Below are positions 41,700 through 53,600 of a stretch of 64,000 bases of DNA, one piece after another. Origin of the DNA: Tubiluchus corallicola (lineage: Eukaryota; Animalia; Priapulida); contig JAQGDQ010000162.1 in NCBI GenBank assembly GCA_030141605.1, forward strand, positions 62,001 through 126,000. The letters run 5' to 3'. Both the position numbers and the translations under genes were made by a program. Below the pieces are notes generated by a model. The model was given only the letters and a program-made list of their open reading frames with translations. It did not search any database and was not told the DNA's origin. How positions within the stretch are numbered: the first letter of the stretch is position 1; every line of letters begins with the position of its first letter.

Positions 41700-44600
41700 A
41701 TGCATGTGGTGGTTGCTATCATGTTATTATGTTTTCTTAAAACTTCATTTATCGTTGCTTTTGAAAAGAATGAATCGAACAAAATGACTAAGTGTCAGCA
41801 AGTTATTGAGTGTCAGTCAATGGGCAGTTCTTCTTCCTGTTTTGGAACTTCGTTGCCTTATAAATCCACCTCACCGGTGCTGATTGCAGAGAACGCTACT
41901 CTAGAGTTGGTTCAGCAACAGTTGAGTTTCTGGAAGGCCTTGGAAAGGGTGCCGAAGTGCTGGGGCATAGTACAGCCTTTCATCTGTTCCGTGTTCATGC
42001 CAAAATGCGAAGACGATGTGTTGCATTTGCCAAGTCAGGAGATGTGCGAGATCATTAAGCTGCCATGCAGAATCGTGGAGCAAACTCATGACTGGCCAAG
42101 CTTTCTGAAATGTGAGAATTATCCGTCTAAGTGTGAGGTAAGTTTTCTTAATTGTAAGAATTATCCATGGAAGTGTGAGGTAAGTTTCCTGAAGTGTGAG
42201 AATTAATCATCTAAGTGTGAGGTAAGTTTTCTTAAGTGTAAGAATTATCCATCTAAGTGTGAGGTAATTTTTCTTAAGTGTAACAATTATCCATTTAAGT
42301 GTGGCATACATTTTCTTGAGTTAAAAAAATATTGTTGTTCCAAGTGTAGAGTAAGCTTTTAATCAAAATTTACTGTGGTGTGTATTATAGAGGCCATGAT
42401 GGTCTATATTTTCACATTTTTATAATTTTTATTAGCAATTTTTTAAAATAATTAGCAAATTTTTGCCGTTATGACTTTTGACCTTTTATTGCATAAAATT
42501 ATTGCCACTACCAAACAAATCATAATAATTACTTACCGATATATTGTTGCATCTCTAAAGGACTGCTTATATGCAGTTTTCCACTAAAAAATGTCTTTTT
42601 TCAGAATCCATTGAACAAGGTCAAGTTTAATACAACTGGCCACTGTGCTGCGCCACTGTTAGCGACAGAGAGTGAAATTAATTGGTTTCCAAACGTGGAG
42701 GGTTGCGGGCTGCAGTGTGACAACCCCCTGTACACACAAGAGGAGCGTCTTTTTGTTCACATTTTCATTGGAGTACTCGGTTCTATTTGCCTGCTGTGTT
42801 GTGTTTTTGCTGTTGTAAGCTGTTTTATCAATAATCTCTGTTTTTTTTAAATTGTGAAACAGTATGTCATGTAATTGCTAAATTTTCATTTGTCTGTAGT
42901 GCAACTGTAAAGTCAGTGGACTTTCATTTTTCTGATTTTGGCTCAACTGCTTTGAAATAAAGCAAATCTAATACTTGCCAATTTTGTTCTACTGCAAATT
43001 CAGAGGTAGCAGGCAAGTCCAGTTTCTTAACGTACAGTAAGTCCCTGCTTAACGACGCTTATCTTAAACAAAGGACGCCAAACAAGGGCCCTTTGTTTGA
43101 AATAAAAGGTTGAATTTTTGATTGATGATTCACTGTCAGATTGAATTTTCAGACTACCTGGCGTTTTTTTAAACTTGAAAGTTTATTTTAAGTTATAAGA
43201 ATTAAGTGAAACATTGTTAAACTAAGCTAAGACTTCCATAGTAAGTAATGTAAAAGAATTGAGATAAGATCCACAGGCAAAAATCAATGCTGCTTAATTC
43301 GTATATATTAAATGTTTTATGAGTTTATTTATATTTTTACTGATTAATTCCTTTCTGCTTGCTAGAAACTACTAATCTTTCTTAGCGCTAACATGCATTG
43401 CAACAATTTCGGTCTAGATACTCATTGCTATGGCAACAGGTTGTAGGCAAAATTTCTTTGCACCCAGGTGCCAGGAGGCTATAAATAGCAAACAGATTTC
43501 ACTTGACACACTTGATACTTCACAGCTAACATTAAATTTTAGCAGTCAGTCTGAAAGCAAAAACATAAATAATTGTACTGTTTTACATCGCTATTGCAGT
43601 TTTGGAAAAGAATAATGCAAAAAGTACTGCTGTGTTGTTTCAAATTAAGTAAAAAAGTTGTTGATAAAGTAAAAAATTGCTTTGAGCAGAGTAGAAAATC
43701 ATCATTAAAACGAAACACACATCATTAAATGAGAAAAGGTTCAAATGTTCAGCATTATTAAAACGAAACGTCGCTAAACAGAGAGTCGTTATGTGAGGAC
43801 TTGCTGCACTAGTTTCGTAGATCTCTGTGAAATAATAGAACTTATTGTTTAGTGTGGCCTGTTAAGTAGGTCTTGAAACCTTAAAATTGACATTTGTTAT
43901 TTGTGTTCAAATAGTAGAAGCAGCTAACAGTTATCACACTGTGTTTTAACGACCAAAGTTAAGCTATGCCAGGGCTGGTTACGAAAAGGATGGGTGATGG
44001 GGGTGTTTTGCATTTGTTTACACTGCCTCCAGTTACTTTTTTTGTTAACTGAGAACTTTATTTACATATGAAACATCACTTTGCTGATCTCGCCTTGCAG
44101 AGTGACAAACTAAATTATAAATAAAGTGGTTTGATATTGTCTGACATTCAATTTTTCCATTTTTTCAGTTCAGTTTCATTGTTGATTGGAAAAGTTCTAA
44201 TAAGTACCCAGCTGTTATCATATTTTACATCAACTGGTGCTTTGTACTAGTAACTCTGGCTTGCTTGGCTCAGTTTTTACCTGGAGGACGACGAAATATT
44301 GTGTGCCGCAGAGATGGAACACAAAAGTTAGCCGAACCTAGGTATTTTTGACAAACTTTGCATCTTTTAACTGTATCCCTTAAGATATAAAAGGAGATCT
44401 GGTTATTCCTATTTAGTATAATTTGTATTGTTTTAGTATACGGTGTGTTGTTTATGTTTTAATTTTGTTTAACTAGGTTTGGAAGGTTCTGCAATTTCGT
44501 TATCTTTAGTAAAAAGAATTTTAAGGTAGTCCTATAATACATTAGGTAATTTAGGAACATGTTTGTGTAAATTTCTTAAATATTTTAAACTATTTTTCAC

Positions 44601-47600
44601 GCAATAGTTTTTTCTTGTGCTTCAAGTATCGTTACTTGTCAGTAGTATGAGAATGGAGTGTTTAAATTATTTTTGGGTAATAAGCTTTTCTAGGCCGAAA
44701 AGATGGAAAACTTTCAAAACTTATGCTAATTTCAATGCGAGGAAAGTCTTTTTCTCACTTGAGCTTCTTGGGTTGTTTAACAGTATTTCTAAGTTTTTAA
44801 ATGTTTTGAAAAACAGTGATTTGAGAGTTTTTATACTAAAAATTGCTGTTCATTTTCATTATCGTTGATTGGCTCTATTGTCTTTTGTAATTGGATCAAA
44901 TTATCACTTTCTTTTACGTAAAAGCCATTTGACGTCGATATTCCTAACTAAGAGGCCATAAAATACAGCCTATGTAAGACTACTTATGATATTGCCAGAT
45001 CCTGTCTGAGAGACCTCAAATTCCACTCTGCATAAGACTACTTCTGTCATTTACTAGGATTAGCCACCAACCAAATATCTAAACTGGAATAACTTGAAGA
45101 AAAGAAAAATCCAACGCATAAAGCTTCTTACACAAATTTTTACCATAAATTGTATTGGTTTAGCAAATTACTGAACAAATTTGTTTCGCCTGCCCTACAT
45201 TGACAAAATTTGTCTGACAGCGATGTCCAAGATGATTTCAATTTGAACTGCAGTAAACTAACATTTATTTTCGATTAAATAGCCGATTGTGAAATATCAG
45301 TCATTATAGTTGATAAATGATCAAATTTAAAGGAAAGGACAAGTCACTTAGCATGTTAGGTTTATTTTGCTGTTATCGTTTAACATGAAAACATATGACA
45401 AAGAAATTTGCACAGAAACTGTCTATAAAGTTATAAAGCATAAAGTTAGTTTACACTACTGCTATATAGGTATTTTCAAGTGCGGTGATAGCCACTATTC
45501 ACTTGAAAATTATGACGTAATTGTTGGACTTTATGACTTTTTGTAAGCACAGACTACTTACACTACTAGTTCAAGCTTCTGCATCTTAATGTTCATGCAA
45601 AAAATAATATGTTATACATAATTAGCCATCTCGTTTTTTGTAAAAAGATATTGCTATTGTACTTTCGACGGAAATTGACAGTGCGCTGCTTTTCTTCAGT
45701 CGATGAATGATGTCATTGGTGGAAGATTGGTTTTTCAAAATGTGAGCACTCAAGCGTGAAATGTTCACAACTTTAATATGATTTTACTAATTGCACGATA
45801 AGCGTTTCAGACTTTTACTATTAAATCCGAACATTTTTCATGAACAGCAAAATACGGGCATCTTTCTTTGACTGACACAAAATATTTGTTTTTATTTTAG
45901 TGCAGGTGATAACTTATCTTGCCTGATGGTTTTTATCGTAATTTTCTACTTTATGACAGCTGCAATCATATGGTATGCTCTTCTAGCATATTCGTGGCAT
46001 ATATTCTTTAAGGTACGTTTAATTATATTATGTTCACAGAGGCGTATTTACCAATAGGCTAGCTAGCTGTAGCCTAGGGTGCCAAATTTTGTGTACCTGT
46101 CATATCCATATAAAGCTCCAAAGTATGTGTCCCAAGCATTTACATAGCAATTTTATATAAGCGCCATATAATGTACAACTTACAATTATTAGTTAAAAGA
46201 AACCCATAGGTAACCCCTGACTCTGCATTCATATTGTTGAAAGCACACTCAACGATTTAAGTTTAATAATCTTTCTTTTTATGTGGATTTTGTTTGAAGA
46301 ATTTATAATTTATGTTTTGCTAACCTATGAATAGCTGAAAATTACTATTCTATCACTTATTCAACTAACTTTTTTTATTTTTGCCCCGTACAGTATACTA
46401 CTAAGTTTTCTACATGTTTCTTGTGCTTGTATTGAACTCAGTTATGCGCAAACTAACTTTTTATGGATATTTTCGTGTTTGTTTATAATCATACAGGTTA
46501 GTACTTATGAAATGTTAGATTTTAAAAGTTTTCAAACTTTCACAATGTGATGACTGAGAAGTATAATCAGGCATATATTTTTTACTTTTTCTGTCATGCA
46601 GTCACCATAAAGAATTTCTTGATTTGTATCAGTTGTGATAAGCGCACACCTGTATGTTGTGTATTTGACATTAGTACATGTGTTTATTACTAAATATATT
46701 GCTCATGTACATTAACATATTGACAGTGTAATATATTATTTTCTCTACGATTTTCCAAACATCTTAAAATTTTGTTCTTTTTTATCTGCTGCTTCTTTGA
46801 AATGGAAACTTACGTAAGTAAATGGCAGAACTGTAACATTTTGCTCCTTTTCGTTTGCTCTTAATCCAGACATTTATTAGCTGAAATGAGCCATTTGTCC
46901 ACACTTTGGTTATATTGAGTAGTGAGTATTGTTACCTGGCGAATTAACTTTACATGTGAATTTGAACGAGGTATAAGAATTTTGCTGTTGTGCTTACCGC
47001 ATAAAATGTGCTGCAAATTTGGGCATAGGGGTACTAAAAAGGATGTTGTTTTAAACCAGGCTTTCATGGGGTTTGCAACTTTGGCAATTGTCCGAAAATT
47101 TCCAAATCAAACAATTGCCAAACATTCATGGATGTTCGCCCTTGTTGCAGAAAGGTCACCAGCTTCGCCAAGAAATTTTGAAATGTCACAAAACTTGTCA
47201 CTTTGCCAAAACTTTACAAAACTGTCGTAAAGTTGTCGTAACATTTGCCAAGCATTCGCAAATTTGTCTCAAAATAGTTGTGACATTCATCAGTAATTTC
47301 AGAACCTGCGGCAACTTGGCGAACATTTTGCTGGACTCTTTGACGAACTCTTCTGAACATGTAGTGACGACTTTGCGACTACTGTGCGACCATTTTGCAA
47401 ATTTTTTGGCGAATCTCGATTGTCTCACACTTTTTCTTGGAAAATTCGTGAAATTATCGCAAACTACTCGCTTACAAGTCGCCCAGTATGCGCAAACATG
47501 TCAGATGATTATGCGTTATTTTGCGATATTCACTGCAGAAAAAAATCCTGAAATTCAAAAAATGTAGCGAAAGTCGTGCGAATTTCAAACGGATGATTTG

Positions 47601-50600
47601 TGATAAAACACAGTTTCGGGAACATTTTTAATGACTGTTGGACTTAGAAGATTTTCGATTGTCACAAAAGAGTTGTGGTCCTGTGAAACCCTGGCTTTAG
47701 TTAATAGACATATTTTCTTGTTTAACTTAGTTTGTGATATTTTCAGGCTCTAGGTTCATCGAGGGAGCCCATCAATGAAAAATCTGCATATTTTCACTTG
47801 TTCTCTTGGAGTTTGCCATTAGTACTAACCATCACCATACTAACATTATCAGTGGTAAGTCGGTAATTACGCTGAAAATGAATTAGGATATTAGAAATGT
47901 AATTAATTACATTTAAAATTTGAAATTAATTAAATATTTTGCTGAAAAATTGCTGATTTGGTTTCTTCCTTGGTTATATGATGTTATTGTTGATGGGATA
48001 GGTCGTAATCATGGTGATTGAAAGGAAAATGTAAGGAGAAAATGTAATTCAATCCTAATTGATCTAGTAATCCAAAGATTTTTTGTTCAAATTCTTCCAT
48101 CAAATTTGGTTAAAAAATAAATTGTTAAAAATAAATAAATAAAGTGTTGGCAACCATTATGCTCACTATGCTAGCAAGGAAAGTTGTCACTCGCTTGACA
48201 AAGGTCTACATATGGTAACTCAGTAGCCGTTAGTATCAATGTTCACTTTAATCTTACAGTGCAAATGTGGCAAATGATATGTATGTCCGCCCATTGCTTT
48301 AGGAAAATGTAGCTTTGTGTTTGTTTTATATATATCACTGTTTTGTTTACAGATGATTATATGTGTAACAAACATGTAAAGTTGACATTTTCTCTATAAC
48401 TTGTTTCTAAGTTACGGTCGCATTGTGTGTTCCTATAAATAAAAACATAGCATATAGATACAGCGAGAGTCAGGAATAGGTGAGTGGTCATGAGATTTTC
48501 CTACTGAAATCAGGCAACACCGAGCCTGATCACTAGGCTGATTAAGGTGTGAAGCCACACGGAAAACTTGCTTCTGAGAGGTTTCATCTCTCATTCTTCC
48601 CACAGCTACTTAATCTTCCTATGGTAGGACATACTCACCCAAACATGCTTGCGACACTTTTACAACTTCAGCGTATCATTGCAGTGATTTGTTCTGAGCT
48701 AAAGTCCAGTTCTGCCACAACCATCTACATTAAGTAGGATCTATAGCTGGGTGCAAAATTTCAGCTTGTAGAGTGCATTAGATGTATACAAAAGTATTTA
48801 TGTTAAACCTCAATAGTAAAATTTCAAAATTGGAACATGTTGGAAAATGTTTATTGTGCAAAACATAATTTTGGAGTATCATGTTTCCGTCTTACTTGAC
48901 ATTTCAAATTTGAACAGGTAAAACAATTACCTTGCTTTGAATTAATTTGTTGTACTTTAAAAACTTTCAGCTTGCTAAATGATTCTTTGTTAAATGTTAA
49001 ATGATTGCAGGTTGATGGAGACTCACTGAGTGGTGTCTGTTTTCTAACAGTTTCAAAATGGCCCATTAGGACCGGATTTGTTCTACTGCCTACGTTTGTC
49101 AGCTTGACTGTTGGTGGATTTTTTATGTCAAGAGGTAGGACTATGCAGATTAGCTGTGTAATTTTCTGTGCACTTTGTAAAGACAAAATATTGAATTATA
49201 TTTAACATTTTTACATCATCACAGGTATGTTTTGCAACATTTTGTTAAACAGGTCTTCCACTTCCTCAGTTAGTCAAACCATTCTTCCATTTCACTATTT
49301 TAGGGGCCTCATGCTGCCATATTATTTATGAAAAACCACCTGATAAAGTGACTAATTACCATACGGTACTACTGGTACATTACAAGTTAGCAAAGAATGT
49401 GCTGTGAATGCTTTGATTCTTTTTTTAAACTGTACGCAATGTTACCTGTTTTAATCGAGTTACCGCTAAAAGGTTGCGCTTAATGGTCATCACGGGAGTT
49501 TAATTTACAAGTTTTATTTAGCATTTCTATTAACGCAATCCCTGTGTGCAATAAGACGCTTGTAAGTGATGTAAAATTTAAAGACGAATTTGTTTTTGTT
49601 TTATTTATGAAGAGTGTTTTATTGTGCTTTAACTTTGTACGTATTGATTTTGCAGGTTTATATACACTATGGCAAGTGTACACACACAGTCCTGGTGCGG
49701 TAAGCGAGAAAGCACATTCAAAAATAAGAGCCACTATTATTCGTTTGAGTAAGTTAAAATATTTCATACATTGTGTCACGCTTAAAAAAAGTTAAGACAG
49801 TTTAAACGAAATGATCTTTGCCAGTTATATTTACTAACTGCTCATCTTTAGTTTTATAGCATTATTGTCGTGTAATTATGTTGCAAAAGGATATTTTAAG
49901 GAAGAAAACAAAGTTAATAATCTAGTAAATTAATGCTCCAATTTTTTGCTGGTACTTTTTACAGGTGTTTTTGTGAATTCAGAAATAATCGGCATTAAAA
50001 ATTTGTTTGAAATAAAAGCTGAATGAAACAAGATGATTAGGAAACCAAACATAACATTCGCAAATTTGCTCATCTAGTTAGAATAATTTTTGATCGTCAT
50101 TAAAAGCAACAGACATGTGGGCCTCATAGTCTTCACTATTGTTAGTTTCTGTGAAGTGAATAAATTTTGTTGAGTTTAATTGGAGTCATCGATTGTTTAC
50201 GTTTTCATAGGTGTTGTTCTTGTAATGAGTTGTTGTTTTGTGATCACAGCACTCGGCTGTCACATATATGAGTACAAATATCGTCACGTCTGGCAAGACA
50301 GTCTACAGAAGTTTCTTGTGTAAGTGCAATTTTGTCGTCATGGTTACCTAGAATACTGTCAAGTAAAAGTTTGCTTTTCCAGTAGTGATTTGCGAAATGA
50401 TTAATTGGGTATCTGAGGCAATCTAGCAAAATGTGTAGAACAGCTAGAACAGTTGAAATAATTCAAAGAACACCCAAAATTTGTCTCGTGTTTTCTTAGA
50501 ACATTTTCTCTTTGACATGCAGCTACTTTCTACACATACATCCTGTGCTGTCATGTTGAGTCTTACATTCAGAAGTATTGTGCTTTTTTCCATGTACTGC

Positions 50601-53600
50601 TTATTTGTGGAATTCTTTACCGTCATGTTGTTTGAAGTTGTTGTTCTTGCTGATTTTGATCTTGTGTGATGTAAGAGGAACATCTAGTAACTGTTTCCGT
50701 GACATCAAACTTTCGACAACGTTAGACAAACTGTAGCACCATGGGGAATAACTGAATAGCCATGGTGAAGCTAAGCAACTCTGGGTTTACTTAGTAAATG
50801 GATTGGTAACCCAGTGCTTCCAAGTGGCTTCACATGCCCTCCTGCTGTCAGCTGTACAAACATGGCCTAAAATGCTTGTTTCAGCTCATTGTTTCTTATG
50901 TAAAATGGTTGTCCTATGTAAGAAGCTGTGTCATACTACGGCCATCTAAATTTAGAAGGTCACTCTGTTTGAGTGCTGCATTCCATTTTCCGAACCTCAT
51001 AAAAAATCATAACTAAAACTGAAAACAATGATTATAATAAACACAAAATGATAAATGACGTATAATTAATAATAAGTTTATTTGTGCTTCAGCTGTGATG
51101 CTCATCCTAACAACACTGCACTTTGCACAATTGAACGCAGGCCCAATATCATCTTCGTCTATATGAATCATTTGTCATTATTTGGTGCAGGAATTTTAAT
51201 GAGTTCTTGGGTATGGACGCGATCTACCATCCGTGCATGGAAGCGCTGCATGTACAGGTATGAACGCCGTTGTTTTGTATATCTGAGCGTTAACTAATAT
51301 CAAATAGCTACAAATAATTAGAAGAGCATGCGACAGATGTAAATGATAGACAATTTTTGAGCTGTTAACCCTTTCACTATGGAAGGCGGCACACTGCCTC
51401 CTATGTTTTGCTTGCAATGGACGGAAGGTGGTAGACCACCACTCAAGCTCAGCACTAAGCGCAGTCACCCAGGTCTGTTTATTTCACTGCTACGGTCATG
51501 CAAAAACATTGTAGGAAAGTTAAACAACTGTGGGATTGGGGTTGCTTCTCAATAAGTAACGCTAACCAGCCAATCAGCGTCTGAAGCTAGGTGCGTTCTA
51601 CAATACTGTACTGCATTGTCATGCAAAATCACTTGTTAAAAGTTGGTGAAACATATTTTAAGTCTCTTGTTCTGGATTCTTATAAAATGATTGCGTATTA
51701 TGGATACATAACATGACTTTTGTGAAAATTGGTTTCTTAAATATGAGTACATGGAAATCATCTACGGATGAATTGAAAGTTTAACTGCCTATATAAATTT
51801 GTATTTTCTATTTTTCAGTGTTAGTTGATTTTGTTTAATTTTTTGATATTTGTCTTATTCCATAAACTGAATGTTTTGTGTTGTTTGGCTCACAGGTTTA
51901 GAAAGAAGCCCACTAATGAACCATTAAAAATGACCTGTGATAAGGTTGTTGCCAGAGCATATGCCAAGAACAATATGGTGGGAAGTACGCGTCGTCTGTC
52001 TCTCAGCTTGCATAGCACTCATGACGACCCTGTGGGTAAGTTAATTTAGAATTCCAGTTTTAAAGCAATATTTCCACATTATATTCCTGTTGGCTGTATC
52101 CTGTAAAATATTTGCTAGAAATTTGTGTTTTCTATTATAATATAGTAATAATAATAATAATCTTTATTTAAAGTCAGCTTTTAGATAAACAATTAACATA
52201 AACTGAAAGAGCTTTTTGCCGACCATAAATAACAATTCTGCAACTACACAACAGAGGCTATTATTATCCAGCTTTTATCCTAAATACCACGCACCTCGTA
52301 GAGCAAGAGCAGTCACCATTTTTAATGTCTTTGGTATGACCCAGCCTCTGTATTGAACTCACGACCTCCCAGATGGAGAGTGGAAGCGTTGCCACTAGAC
52401 TATACTGTCTGATCAAAATGACACAGACACATTTTCTGCATCTTACTACATTTTACTTTTTAAAAGCACCAGTTCCCCAGATGTCACAAGTAAATCTCTG
52501 CAAAAAATCAAATAAATAACCAATGTGTAAGAAATTCCCATTCCTACGAAGACTTTCTATAACTGCCTTGCTGCAGTTCTTACAACTGCACTAATTCTTT
52601 GTGTTGACTTTGTATGTGGTAAGAAAGCTTGTCAGGATCACGGCCATCTTAATGCATGGGCATGCAGGGTAGTTACCCGGGAGCCCCATGCTAATCTATG
52701 TTTGTTGTGAATTGCTGTCGGAATGAATCTGAGCATCTGAAGCGCTACATGATTCTTGACGAAAATTGTAAAAATGGCATTCATTTTCAAGACTAAAACT
52801 TTTAAAAAATCGCCTTCATAACACAATGGAAAATGACATCCTGAAGACCATTGACCTTAAGCCAATTATAAATCAAATTCTCTCAAAAGAAATTTTGCAA
52901 AATTTGTGTTTTAACAATTGATTAGTTATAAATAATTCGTATTAAATTCATACTCCATCTGTATAATTTACCATTTTTATGTTGAAATTTTTGCATCTTT
53001 CAAGGCTTGTGCTACATTATTTTTGCGACATATGTTTGTATTGATTAATCTTTGTTGTACAGCATGTTTTTTAATGTTTAAACGTCTGTTTCATTGGAAG
53101 TATCAATATAATAAATGTACGTTTAATTTTATTGACCATCTACAGTTTTATTGCTTTGAGTGGTTGTGTAGGTATGGGCCCTATTGCGCTGCTTAGCCCA
53201 TGGGCCAATAATGCCGTTAAAACAGCTCTGGCCAAGATGGGGTATGCCTTTATACACACGTCAAGTTTATGAGACTTTTTGTCTGTGTGTTAACACTTTT
53301 TTAATGTTTTTACACACGTTACATTTGAAAGGTTTTTTGCCTGTGTTTAATTACTTGTGGTGTACAAGACCTTGTTGTGCAGAATATTCCTTGCTGTAAA
53401 ATTCGCAATTGTATGGTTTCCCTGTAGCGATTTTTGTGTGATGACGTTTCATGTGATAATGAAGATTACTGTAAGTGAACTATGCTTTCCTGCACATCTC
53501 GTGCATTATGTGCATATGCAAGCTTAAAATTAATAAAATAGTTTATCGAACTAGTTAGCAAATAATCTAGGTTCTAGCTTGGCTACATTGCAACTTGAAT

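Noticed and set aside
46861-47567. Overlapping ORFs up to 164 aa in SMO intron 4
   Set aside because: They fall largely within a TIR-bounded repeat and show no transposase or other motifs.
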